Source: Veleropilina oligotropha (lineage: Eukaryota). From it: 64,000 nt of DNA. Made by a program: the position numbers and the translations under genes. Below, piece after piece: positions 33,664 through 46,805 of this stretch. The notes below the pieces were generated by a model. That model searched no databases and was not told the DNA's origin. It worked only from the letters and a program-made list of their open reading frames with translations. Location of the stretch: positions 372,001 through 436,000 of the forward strand of contig JBEUKZ010000065.1 of NCBI GenBank assembly GCA_048128005.1. The letters run 5' to 3'. The stretch's first letter is position 1, and each line of letters starts with the position of its first letter.

Positions 33664-35618
33664 ATGGCGGCGATGGTATCATTTCTATTGATCGTGAATA
33701 TTCTGCAAGGTTTGTACCGGTTGGATACTGTGAAAGTCTGGTTAGAACATGTCGATAAATTACGTATTATTAAATCAGTATTAAATATGCTCAGGGAGCA
33801 TTATATAAATGATATGGTTTATCTCGTATGCACATACTTTGTAATATATGTTAGGGCGCAGATTTTTTTTATAAAAATTGCAAGAATTTCATTTGGCACA
33901 CAAAACGTTTTTAAAGCAACCAGAAGTGCTCTATTTTGAGACCAAATTGTAATATTATTGCTGAAATACCTTTCCAGTTTCAGAGAGCGCCACTGTGCCG
34001 TGGAAGGCCATACTCACTTACCGAAAAAACTTCGGAACTAATAACTCGTGGGATTCCGGCAACGCTAAGCGAAAAGTTAACTGGTGGGACAACAGATCCA
34101 CTAGAGGGAACAATCAGTGGTGGGGATTTAAAAGTACTGAACGAAACGCTGACCGATGGGACACAGGAATCACAAAACGACCCATTGACGGTCGGGACAA
34201 CTGGTCCACTAAGCGGAACGTAAATTGGTGGGATAAATATTGGGGCTATCGTTCTACAAAGCAAGACATTATCTGGCGGAATACCGAAACCACTGTCAGA
34301 CCTACTGACAATTGGGACAACTGGTCCACTAAGCGAAAAATTAGCTGGTGGGATAAATGGTGGGGCTATGGAACCACAAAACGAAACACTGACCAACGAG
34401 ACATCCCGACCACTAAAGGAAGGATAACTGGAATGATTGGACGACTAAACGATACAATTATAGGGATAATTGGTCAACCAAACGAAACGATTATTGGGAT
34501 AATTGGTCAACCAAACGAAACGATTAAAGGGATGATTGGTCTACCAAACGAAACGATTATTGGGATAATTGGACAACTAAACGATACAATTATAGGGATA
34601 ATTGGTCAAGTAAACGAAACGATTATTGGGATATCCGGTCAACCAAACAAAACAATTATTGAGAAAATTGGACAACTAGAAGATACAATTATAGGGATAA
34701 TTGGTCAACTAAACGAAATGAATATTGGAATAATTGGTCAACCAAACGAAACTATTATTGGGACAAATGGACAACTAACCTTTACAATTATAGGGATAAT
34801 TGGTCAACCAACCGAAACGACTATTGGGATGATTGGTCAACCAACCGAAACGTTGACTGGTGGGACTATGGCTCCACTAAAGGAAATACTGATTACTGGG
34901 GCAATTGGTCCATTAACGAAACATTGATTGGTGGAACTATGGAAGCACTGGACGAAACGTTGATCGATGGAACACCGGAATCACTAAACAGCCCGCTGAC
35001 ATATCATTCACTAAACGAAACATTCATTTGTGGGACTACAAATCCACTAATCGAAATTCTTATCGATGGGACACTGGAACTACTAAACGAAACAAAGTAA
35101 GTAATCGTGTACTAGAGGGCACAAACAGGGATGTTAATTAATATAATAAACACTTACGGCTAAATGTTAATATATGAATGTTAACAGTGATATTTTAACG
35201 GTGGCTTTTTGACACCTTTTACAAAACCTAAGTGGATAGAAAATTCCGCATCGACACTAAGGTCGTATTCTCACCGAGTTACAAATTATTTATCGGTAGG
35301 TTCAAACTCGGTGTGAACACGCTAAATCGGATTAAAATTTGAACCTCCAAAAATGTATACATAAAGTGTGGATTGCAAACAGCATCTGCAAAAAATCATA
35401 TGAGGTTATGCTATTGTACCGTAACATCTAATCCAGACAAATAATCTCGATGAATCGAGGAATAATTGCTCGTCTCGGGTCTTGGACATCGGTCAGTTGT
35501 GATGCGCATTACCTATTTATTTTCAGGACAACACTAAACGACAGCGTGGGATTCTGAGGGTGGTTCTATTGGCTTTGAGGTATCTTGCTTTAGTGGCGAA
35601 TTTTGTACAACACTGTTG
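33664..35618 (+). pseudogene. Disrupted paralog of the secreted Trp-rich KR-repeat gene (exons 33664-33709, 33978-35096, 35527-)
   Basis: Same exon and splice structure as the 57289 copy, but with a 1-nt deletion at ~34421 and stops at ~34525 and ~34660 in the Trp frame. Confidence 0.75.
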
Positions 35619-36078
35619 ACATGCCGCTCCTTATATGTCTTTTTATTATGCTTGACCTTTTTGTTGGTTGGTTGGTAACATTGATTTACAACCACTTTTA
35701 GCAATCGTAGTCGGGACACCTAGTTTAAGGACTCACTCTGATCTGACCGACATACGTTAGGGATATGCCTTCTATTATTTAAGCGGTAAATTGTCAGCTG
35801 TCAGAAGATCATGATTTGGAAGTAAACATAATATATTATCGTATGAATATGTTAACGCACACTAATATACCACAGACGGTCCTAGCAGACAAAGATCAAG
35901 ACATCCTAAATCGTCGTTCTTGATATAAATCAAAGATCATTTAATCATATATCTGGCGATTTCAATGTATAAATTTAGAATATGTATGTATACATGTGCA
36001 TTATGTAGCGTTTTTGCTGTCAAGTCAGGAACAGGTTGATTTTTATTTTATGGAAATCATCAAATTATATTGACACTA

Positions 36079-37168
36079 TAGAGGGGATCTCACATGAGTG
36101 GTCATTTAATATCACATTTATGAAACGAGTTAACTAATTTTCATATTTTCCGAGATTTCACAGAGGAAAATATGAAAATTATATAACGAGTTTCATAAAT
36201 GTGATATTAAATGACAACGAATGTGAGATTCTATTTATCATATATCTTAAATTTATAAAGAAACAAGCTGTACAACGTTGCTTTTAATTTTGTTGACGCG
36301 TTCTAACATAATTATGCGGCGTAGTGTATGGAAGGTGAAATTTGTGATTGTTGACGTCATGGAAATGTAGCAATGGGTGTGAAAAATAATCACCGTTCTT
36401 ACCGACTCGATATCCTATAAAGAACAACAATGCTGTTATAAAAAGAACTAATGTCGCTTTATCAATATTATACTAATCCAACAAGCTCTATTCAAAGAAC
36501 ATTAAATGCACGGCACGCATGAGGCTTGTATGTCGAATTCGTTAACGTTGTGGACATTGAAACTATTTGTCGTCTGCTTCACGACGAAATTTTGTCAACT
36601 TACATTATAAAACATCAGAATCAGGAAAAATTTGTCGGCTTTATATATATATGTTAACAATTATAAAACACGTTTTCAGAATAATTTTATAAAATTGCAA
36701 CGTTAATATGTTAGTTCCCGTCTAAAATGAGATCGAATCGACGGAAATATGGCTGCTGTAATTGCTGTGAATGAAATGTACACCAACAGACTGCATGTTA
36801 AACGGAAAGTATATTGCAAACTACTACATTGAATTTTGCATGCTATGATAATCGGGAGTTAAATGATCTTACCTGGATATCTGCACCTAATAGTTTTACT
36901 AAATATTGATCGTTAGTTGCACATACGAGTACTATTGAATAATTCCTGCAACACTGCAATAACCACGTTCACAGTAAAAATCGTAGTATTGAAAGAAGTC
37001 CTCAATTACTGGCAATGACCTTTTGTGACCCGTTCTACAATTGGCTGTTCGGTCTCATTGATTAAATTATCCAATCAAAATTACACATAAAGCCATAAGT
37101 AACATGTGTATTATCGTTTTTATTAAACACTTTGGCGCTATGTAAAATGACCCGGGTATATGATAAAT
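36079..37168. mobile_element. Interspersed non-autonomous repeat inserted in copy A; related copies at ~44315-45037 and ~9420-9500
   Basis: Shared ATGAGTGGTCATTTAATATCACATTTATGAAACGAG...TATGATAAA; absent at the equivalent site in copy B (~61095). Confidence 0.65.
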
Positions 37169-37837
37169 AACATTATGAGATTATGAGTTTTACTTGCCTT
37201 TCTGTCTTTCTTGCTATATGCATACGCTCTTGACCAATCATATATATGTATTACAATTGAGGCTGTAAATTTATATTCATAAAAAAACTTTCATAAACAA
37301 TGGGTGGTAGGCCTACCGCTCTCTTAACTGTGGAATATTAAATTTACATATGAGCCGATAACATTTGCCAATAAATTCCTTTCAAAATAACAATGATATA
37401 ATACAATAAAACGTTAAATAGTTATTTTCAGCCTACATGACTGGATTTGGACTTCCTGTGGACTCAAGTAGTCATCAGTTGTTTTCCTTCCATTATCATG
37501 ATAATGTATATTTCAATTAAACAATAACTTCATTAAAATGGATTAGTTTAACGACATTTTGCCAGTTGTCTTCTATCGGATTAAGAGACACACGACCAAA
37601 TGTCTCTAATCGATCAGATGGCATTGTATAAAATACACTGCCAGTTTTATTGGTGTGTGCATCTATTCAAACACTGATATGATCAGACAGAGTCTTCCTA
37701 TTAATTAAAGTGGGTTCATCGACGAAAAGCGATACGTTCAGAGTGATTTGGTCGTATCATTGAAGTAGCCTAAAGGTCCCGCCACGCAATTACCATAGAC
37801 CAGGTCGACGCCTCTTGCTTTATAATTCAAAGTTGAC

Positions 37838-38192
37838 CATGTGTCACCGCCTAATACCCAGTTTTGTACCGTGTGTCACCGCCTAATACCCAGGTTTGTA
37901 CCGTGTGTCACCGCCTAATACCCATGTTTGTACCGTGTGTCACCGCCTAATACCCATCTTTGCATACCGTGTGTCACCGCCTAATACCCATGTTTGTATA
38001 CCGTGTGTCACCACCTAATACCCCGTTTTGTACCGTGTGTCACCGCCTAATACCCATGTTTGTACCGTGTGTCACCGCCTAATACCCAGGTTTGTACCGT
38101 GTGTCACCACCTAATACCCATGTTTGTACCGTGTGTCACCGCCTAATACCCAGGTTTGTACCGTGTGTCACCGCCTAATACCCAGGTTTGTA
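37838..38192. repeat. 32-bp minisatellite, ~11 copies
   Basis: Unit GTACCGTGTGTCACCGCCTAATACCCA(G/T)GTTT. Confidence 0.95.
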
Positions 38193-38290
38193 AATTTATC
38201 AACTTGTGCATGCGACATTTAATTTACGTAATAGAACCTGTTCTATTCTGTACAATCTCTGATATGATACTTCATTTGCTCACCAATAGG

Positions 38291-38412
38291 AAATCAGTTA
38301 ATGTGGGTTCGCTGCGCCCTTAAATCAGTTAATGTGGGTTCGCTGCGCCCTTAAATCAGTTGATGTGGGTTCGCTGCGCCCATAAATCAGTTGATGTGGG
38401 TTCGCTGCGCCC
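38291..38412. repeat. 31-bp tandem repeat, 4 copies
   Basis: Unit AAATCAGTT(A/G)ATGTGGGTTCGCTGCGCCCTT. Confidence 0.9.
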
Positions 38413-38454
38413 AGCCTGGGATGGATTATGCTACATGGTTTACAGTCTGTCTTG

Positions 38455-38640
38455 ACGTTGTTTTACGACCACTTTTGGCAAATTTTCAACCGTATCGTAG
38501 TCGCACTCCGATCTGACTGACATACATTAGGGATATGCCTTATAATATTTTACGCGGTAGGACGAACCACCGCTGGTCTCGAACTCGGGACCAACTAACA
38601 GCTTCGGTTGGGAGTCTGACGCGCTAACAACTCACCCGCC
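38455..38640 (-). mobile_element. tRNA-derived SINE fragment
   Basis: Minus strand has TTAGCGCGTCAGACT...GAGTTCGAGACC (B box); body sequence also seen at ~35730-35790. Confidence 0.55.
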
Positions 38641-39199
38641 GATGCAACTCAACAGTCCTGGGTGATGTTAAACGACACAATAAATATAAAAAAAACATAG
38701 AGCCATTGTTTGGATTGTATGATCCTTGTATTCTTGAATTCTCAAATGCTTTCGATACGCCTGACAACAGGCTGATCGAAACACTGAAACGGTATGAACT
38801 TGATGGCAATGCCTACGATTGAATCACTGACTTTCTGCGTGCTCGTTCACAATCCGTCATTGTGGATGAAGTTACCTCAACTCGTATCCCAATAATCTCC
38901 GGAGTCCCAAAGGGGCTTGACATCAACGTTGCGACTTTTTTCCCCGATGACACGATGCTCAGAAACGAACATGATACCATGATATTGAATTTTCAAGATG
39001 AACTGGAAGCCTGTGAAAGAAACTAGCTAATTTAATTTCACAGTCATCAGTATACCTCGCTACAGAGAGCTATTCAAATACTCCTACACTTTACATGGTC
39101 ACACGCTAAATGTCAATGACAGCAACCCACCGCTCACAGGATAGAACATATAAGAAGCTGTGTGTGTCTTAAATTATGTGGGATGCATACACTATTATC

Positions 39200-41760
39200 A
39201 TCATGTCGAGTCTGATCGGGCGGCGATGGAACGCCAAACATTCGATCGTCCATGCACGACCTGATTTCCGTTGAAGTGTTGATCCAGGTTTATCCTCGTA
39301 GCTAGTCGACGAAATTTAGAGACCGAGCCCCCCGTGAAGGTATACCGTGTGGTGGATGACACAGAATAGGGTCTCTTGCAGTCAAGTATATGGTTGTCGC
39401 ACTCAGTGCCATACCATGCAGTCGATGTGTTCTCTCCCTAATTGTAAGGGAGATTCGAGGGTGATTTCAATAGAGGCGGTCATTTCTGACCCACTCCATG
39501 TTTGTATAAGCCATCTTGGCACGTCTTTTGTGATGTAGTAAGCGTCAATGCTCCAGAGTCATATAGGGTTGAACTTTAGCAGAATCTGATGCGTTATCGT
39601 ATGTGTGCTGTGATTCCGTATGCTCGAAGAGTTTCCGCGTTGTATTGAGCCAAACGCATGTTTGAAGTCATCGAATGTCATGACCGCCGGTAGATGTTTC
39701 ATATTCGCACCCTGTATGATGCGCCTGAGTGCCGCGCCCTGTATGATGCGCCTCAGTGCCGCACCCTGTATGATGCGCCTGGATGCCGCACCCTATATGA
39801 TGCGCCTGAGTGTCGCACCCTATATGATGTGCATGAGTGCCGCACCCTGTATGATGCGCCTGAGTGTCGCACCCTGTATGATGCGCCTGAGTGCCGCACC
39901 CTGTATGATGCGCCTGAGTGCCGGACCCTATATGATGCACCTGAGTGCCGCACCCTATATGATGCGCCTGAGTGCCGCACCTTATATGATGCGCCTGAGT
40001 GCCGCACCCTATATGATGCGCCTGGGGGCCGCACCCTATATGATGCGCCTGAGTGCCGCACCTTATATGATGCGCCTGAGTGCCGCACCCTATATGATGC
40101 GCCCGGGGGCCGCACCCTATATGATACGCCCGGGGGCCGCACCCTGTATGATGCGCCTGAGTGCCGCACCCTATATGATGCGCCTGAGTGCCACACCCTA
40201 TATGATGCGCCTGAGTGCCGCACCCTATATGATACGCCCGGGGGCCGCACCCTGTATGATGCGCCTGAGTGCCGCACCCTATATGATGCGCCTGAGTGCC
40301 ACACCCTATATGATGCGCCTGAGTGCCGCACCCTATATGATACGCCCGGGGGCCGCACCCTGTATGATGCGCCTGAGTGCCGCACCCTATATGATGCGCC
40401 TGAGTGCCACACCCTATATGATGCGCCTGAGTGCCGCACCCTGTATGATGCGCTTGGGTGCCGCACCCTGTATGATGCGCCTGAGTGTCGCACTCTATAT
40501 GATGCGCCTGAGTGCCGCACCCTGTATGATGCGCCTGAGTGCCACACCCTGTATGATGCGCCTGAGTGTCGCACCCTATATGATGCGCCTGGGTGTCACA
40601 CCCTATCTGATGCACCTGAGTGCCGCACCCTATATGGTGCGCCTGAGTGCCGCACCCTGTATGATGCGCCTGGGTGCCGCACCCTATATGATGCGCCTGA
40701 GTACCGCACCCTGTATGATGCGCCTGAGTGTCGCACCCTATATGATGCGCCTGAGTGCCGCACCCTGTATGATGCGCTTGGGTGTCGCACCCTATATGAT
40801 GCGCCTGGGTGTCGGACTATGTTTGATGCGCCTGAGTGTCGTGCGCCTGAGTGTCGCACCCTGGATGATGCGCCTGAGTGTCGCACCCTGTATGATGCGC
40901 CTGAGTGTCGCACCCTGGATGATGCGCCTGTGTGTCGCACCCTGTATGATGCGCCCGAGTGTCGCACCCTGGATGATGCGCATGAGTATCGCACCTTATA
41001 TGAATCATTGATGCTCCTGAGTGTCGCACCCTGTATGATGCGCCTGAGTGTCGCACCCTGTATGATGCGCCTGAGTGTCGCACCATGTATGATGCGCCTG
41101 AATGTCGCACCCTGTATGATGCGCCTGAGTGTCGCACCCTATATGATGCGCCTGAGTGCCGCACCCTATATGTGACGCAACTGGTGAAGTGCTAGTTATC
41201 TTCTCTCTGAAATCATTCTGATTGATAAGTAGCAAGGGTTCAATGATAGGCGAATTATGTTGTAAATCTTAGAGGTCACAGAATTTAGACTGATTCCTGT
41301 GTAATTGTCTGTCTTCGTTGTGTCTCCAGACTTGGGGATTGGAATGATGTAGTGTATTGTCCATTGTCACGGAAGTTCACGGTCCATGAAGGGTTTGTTA
41401 GCAATGTGGAGTACCAGGTCGTCAGTAAGCACTCTTAGCTGATAGGAGTACTTGCCTATGAATTCCCTGATAAAGCCCAATCTCACTGTGCTCTGATTTT
41501 CGGTGTTAGTGTCACCAATGTTCTTGATATATATATATATAAGGTCTTCTGGTGGAATGAGTTTTTGCCTGCCCCGAGCCTGTCGTTAAAATCCCCGAGT
41601 ATTGCTAGTACGTTATGGGCTGGAACTGACTGGATTACATGGCTGAGCCTCTCGTCCAAGTTCTTATCTCATCCTCTGTCGCATCACTGGTGGACGAGAA
41701 GAGGATATGATAGTTGAAGTCGGATTGCATGAAAGGTGCCATTGGCAGAGATCGATTTAA
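39200..41760 (-). pseudogene. Decayed RTE-clade LINE RT relic containing the 27-bp satellite; boundaries approximate
   Basis: IIPIPKSGD...DNYTGISL, IEPLL.NQNDFR, ALRRIIQG...LPAVMTFDDFKHAFGSI and LRAYGI in collinear order. Confidence 0.7.
39706..41172. repeat. 27-bp tandem satellite, ~54 copies
   Basis: Unit GCACCCT(A/G)TATGATGCGCCTGAGTG(C/T)C. Confidence 0.97.
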
Positions 41761-42669
41761 TTACTGTCAGTGCTCGTTGGCTGTTGGGCTAATTGCTATT
41801 CTGACTCCCCCACACTCAGCTTGCTGACCTTACGCAACCGTGCTGTGATGTTTCATATTGTCCTCGGTAGCGTCGGACGATAAGATGCTATTTTTAAAAT
41901 CGTGGGCTGCATGCCTTGCTCTTAGGTTTAATCTCTAAAAGAAGGTATGTCTTGAAACATCACTACACGTCTTTGGAATAAAATGTTAGCCGAGTTTTGG
42001 GCTGAAATGCGATTGAAAAATGTCAAAACATGGTCGGAATAGGCTACTAGTATAGGAAAATATATCATCTATACAATACTTCATGCACATCCGTCGTATT
42101 TGTCTACAGCAACCAGGGACAGTGCATGGAATGTCCTCTCACTCAAACACTAATCAGACTCAATGTTGGCTAACTTCGGTGATCCGAAAGGAACCGGTGC
42201 TTTTCACATGATTTGATTTTTTGCCAAATATTTGTAATCTGTCGGTTGGGAATCCTGCGGTCCAACGCGGGCCTTGTGAGGACGTGTTTTGGGACATGAT
42301 GTAAGTCACATTTACGGTCGATGCGCTGAGCAAATGGCATAACCAATAGACGTAAAATTTGGCCCACATAACGCTGATCGCTCGTTTCCGTGCACGATTG
42401 TCGATTCTGTCCATGCGTCGCATGAGGCTAGCCCAACGCATGGTGCTGCTACCATCATACGTACCGTGCTCCTGGACTGCTGCGGGATGATACCTGTTTT
42501 CGCACCGTTTCTAAACGCGTTGTTTAACAACTGTCAACTGTAAACAGTACATATATTCATCGGAGAACACTGTGTATCGCTAATGCCGCTGGCACCGACC
42601 TCCAACCTGTTGAGCCCATTGGTTTCTGAAGCTTGCGCATGTATGCCGTGGTAAGGCGCAATCCCCCGA

Positions 42670-42900
42670 AGGAACGTCTTCACTCCAGTCCTGGCCTCTG
42701 TCAGGAACGTCTTCACTCCAGTCCTGGCCTCTGTCAGGAACGTCTTCACTCCAGTCCTGGCCTCTGTCAGGAACGTCTTCACTCCAGTCCTGGCCTCTGT
42801 CAGGAACGTCTTCACTCCAGTCCTGGCCTCTGTCAGGAACGTCTTCACTCCAGTCCTGGCCTCTGTCAGGAACGTCTTCACTCCAGTCCTGGCCTCTGTC
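42670..42900. repeat. 33-bp perfect tandem repeat, 7 copies
   Basis: Unit GGAACGTCTTCACTCCAGTCCTGGCCTCTGTCA. Confidence 0.95.
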
Positions 42901-45322
42901 TAAGTCCTTTTGGAAACTGTGATTGCACAGCTTTAACTCTGCCTAATGCCCGCTTTCTTTTCCCTTTCTGTCATTACACATTTCCTTCATTTTACCTGTC
43001 GGGTGAACCATGTTGTCGTGCCATTTTCAGAAAGTGTCAGCAACAAATACGTGATGCCATAGACTGCATGATAAGCACGTGCAATGTGCGAAGTTTCAGC
43101 AAGTATGCAATCCTTGTTCGATTACTATGTTCGGTCAACATCATATTGTTCCCAGTAGTTATGAATACGTGAGCCTTTTCGGCTGCCATAATGCATTGAC
43201 CAATAAAGGCCTCATAGTCCAGTCAATCTAAGGCGAAAATTGACCATAGGCCCACCACAAATTCCGATATTAATGGCAATGGTATAATTGTTTAGAAAAT
43301 TTTGTCTAGATTAACATACTAAAAATCAACCAAAAGGAGAAGAGTGGAACAGTTTAATTTTTCCAAGGAATACAACCACAGTTCCGTGAAAAAGTTGCGG
43401 ATTTATAAAATCTTTATTATATAAACCTATATATGGATCACTGAATAATGCATAATTCCTGTGTATTTTTAGGTGGGCACAACCGCAAGTGATTCTGATA
43501 ATCTGGCTAGCCATTCTAGATCAAAATGGATGATAACATTTCGTGCCACACCTTGCGCAACCGTGTTGTGGTTTTAGGTTTACTGGATATAAGTTAGTTA
43601 TGACATCAGACATGTACATTCTATGTACATCAGACATGCATAACGTTAACATCCTTTTCTACTGTATTGCTTAAAATCGTTGTCAAACCAAGTAAAATGG
43701 TTTATGGTTCAGCTACAAACATATAACAGTTTATTTTGATTATATAAAGTAAATAAATAATTATTTATTTGTTTTCTTAAACGCTACTGGTTGTGATCAT
43801 TTTTAGGTGGGAACCATCTTCATAAGTGGGGCTAACGTTCCGGCTATCCGTTGCAAATAAAGACTGGCGTATTGCCCACATTGCACAACCGTGTTTTTTT
43901 ACTCTATGATTATATTTTAGCAAAAACATTATACACATACTTTGATTTTAATCAGTTTAGTTTTACTACAACATTTTAATAATTTTTCGGTCGTGTCTGT
44001 AGTTGTGGCCCCGATTTAATATCTCCATCCAATAAATGGATGTGTGCAATGGAGACGAGGTATACCCGTGACGCCCGGGAATCATGCTCAAATAGTGAAC
44101 ATCATAGTCCGGCATCATAATCACTAAGCTACATCATCCCTCATGACGAAAACATCCAGTCTGTGCAATGATCTAGTGTCTGGACACAGGCTCATGGATA
44201 TCTTGCAAGGGTATCAGAATTGCCCTAAATGATATCATCCAATATCGATACATTGGGTGTATCGATTATATATTTCCCAAAAGGATTCTGTGCAGTACCT
44301 AAACATGATATATAGAGGTGATATCATATGAGTGGTCATTTAATATCACATTTATGAAACGAGTTAACTAATTTTCATATTTTCGCGCGTGACTAATGTA
44401 TGTCGATTTCACTTTATCGTATAAGAGGTCGGCACAATTTGTCGTCTACTGTCGACGAAGGTACGTTTGCTTACATATAAAGCATCAGAACAATGACAAA
44501 ATGGTCGGCTGTGTATATGTTAACAATTATAAACACGTTTCCAGAATACTTTTGTTAAAATGCAACGTTAATATGTTAATTTCCATTTAAAATAAGTTCG
44601 AATCGACGCCAATATGGTGGTATAATGACTGGAATGTACATCAAACAGATTGCATAGCAGAAACTAATTGCAAACTTGGCCTACTACGTTGTATTTTGTA
44701 TGCTATGACTATCGGAAGTCAAACGATCTTACCTGGATGGCTGCACTTAATATTTCAACTAAATATTGGTCGCTAGTTGCAGTATTTTCCCTTGACCGTG
44801 GCCATGTTTTTCTGATCGATTAAATCGCATATCGCCGAAATCGCATAATAGAATATAGTCCGATACACTTTAAATGACCTTGTATGACCCGCTCTGTCAT
44901 TGGATGTTATTCTGTTACATTGATAAAATTGTCCAATCAAAATTACAAGAAAGTCGATATTACACACTTAAAGTATGTAATATCGTTTTTATTAAACACT
45001 TTTGGTACAATGTAAAATGACCCAGATATATGATAAATTATGTTTTGATAGATTGTAACGTACTGGTAATTGGTCCTGCACCTTCATATCTCATGATAAA
45101 TAGTGCACCGCCTTCTTGCTGTGGGGCATTCTCTTTAACCAAATATATTCACATTTATTTGCAGCTCATGCCACAAATACCTATATAACACCATGATCCA
45201 TATTTGCTAAAGTACAAGTTCACTCGTGACAAATCATGCTGACCACCGCACTATGAATTGATATAGGTATCATAACGGTATCATCAATATTAAATCTCGA
45301 TTTCTTTGTTACAAAAGCCGAC

Positions 45323-45537
45323 GGGGCCGTAGCTTAGTGGTTATGATGCTGGATCACGACGCTAGATATCTGAGTTCGATTCCCGGTAGTGTCGATAATT
45401 TGTCACAGGTATACCTCGTCTGAATTGCACACAGTATCCGTTTGTCGGATGAGACGTTAAGCCGGTGACCCCGACTACATAATCTGATACGACTGAAATA
45501 ATGTGGTCGTAAAACTAAGCTGATTCAAATCAAATCA
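45323..45537 (+). mobile_element. tRNA-derived SINE with a Deu/Nin-like central domain
   Basis: A box TAGCTTAGTGG, B box GAGTTCGATTCCC, core TCGGATGAGACGTTAAGCCG and a (CAAAT)n tail. Confidence 0.7.
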
Positions 45538-45929
45538 ACCATATTACCCCAAAAAAATTAAAAACACACTACCCGTCCATCGAAGGGAGATATTAAACCG
45601 AGGATCTAACTACAATATGATTGAAAATTGTTAATGTAGTCGCATTAATGGCAATCCAATCCATTCTTATTAGACAGCACAGTAATAAACCATGTCCCAA
45701 AATTCTCATTTTTATAATTAACCATTAATTTTCAATTATATGCAGGGAAAACTACTTACATGATGGTTTTGTATTCCAGGGAATATATAACTGGTAGTAT
45801 GATGTATGCAAACAATAATTGATAAATAATAACAGCAACACCAGTTATATATAGTCGAAGAAAGGCGCAAGAGCCAAGAATGTCCTTTTTTCCGAATAAA
45901 TCATGTTTCGGTTACGTGCACAACAGCAA

Positions 45930-46805
45930 TATCATGACACCTGCAACAGTTTAGTAATGGTTAGATATTAAATTTATGAAGTGTATCCAGAAAATGTAAG
46001 CATCAACAGGTGAGCAGATTGAATATTACAACTGTTGGAACATGCCCCCATACCCCTAGATGACACATTATAATGGAATAATGATATTAATCATGAACTT
46101 TCAGCTATGTTTACGAAATAAATATTTAATTGACACCTACAACTGTTTAGATATAGTTTTATATTATATTTATGAAGTATATCCATAAGTATTAGCATCA
46201 ACAGTTTTAATATTACAATTGTTGGAACACCCCCATACCCCAAAATGTCACATTTTAATTGAATAAATCATGAACTTTCAGTTATTTTTACGATCTAAAT
46301 ATTTAAATGACACCTGCAATTGTTTAGATATAGGTAGATATTATATTTGTGAAGCGTGTCCAGTGATATAAGCATCAACAGGTGAGAGGATTGAATATTA
46401 CAAATGTTGGAACATGCTCCCATACCCCAAAATGTAACATTTTAATTGAATAAATCATGAACTTTCAGTTATGTTTACGATATAAATTTAATTGACACCT
46501 GCAACTGTTTAGATGTAGTTTGATATTATATTAAGAAGTATATCCAGAAGTATAAGCATCAACAGCTTAGCGGTTTTAATATTACAACTGTTGGAACACC
46601 CCCATACCCCAAAATGCCACATTTTAATTGAATAAATCATGAACTTTCAGTTATAAATATTTAATTGACACCTGCAAATGTTTAGCTATAGTGAGATGTT
46701 ATATTAAATTTTATTAAGTATATCCAGAAGTATAAGCATGAACAGGTTAGCGGTTTTAATAATACATCTGTTGGAACATGATCCCCTACTCCAAAATGTC
46801 CCATT
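45930..46805. repeat. Degenerate ~180-190-bp tandem repeat, ~4.5 copies
   Basis: Recurrent GACACCTGCAAC...AGCATCAACAG...TGTTGGAACA...CCCCAAAATG...AATCATGAACTTTCAG. Confidence 0.85.

Larger units (their letters stand above)
32287..38455 (+). repeat. Segmental duplication copy A; copy B spans ~43173-62125 with large insertions
   Basis: Collinear matches, e.g. 32365/47968, 32430/55145, 33664/57289, 35527/60994 and 37700/61600. Confidence 0.85.

Noticed and set aside
39620..41235. Long ORFs (463, 493, 315 and 273 aa) with CRTLYDAPE, MMRLSAAP or AHHIGCGTQ repeats
   Set aside because: They are translations of a 27-bp satellite that lacks stops in several frames; there is no unique coding context.
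45323..45400. Possible tRNA gene (also 6006-6075)
   Set aside because: A and B boxes are present but there is no clean cloverleaf, and the sequence continues into a SINE body and tail.
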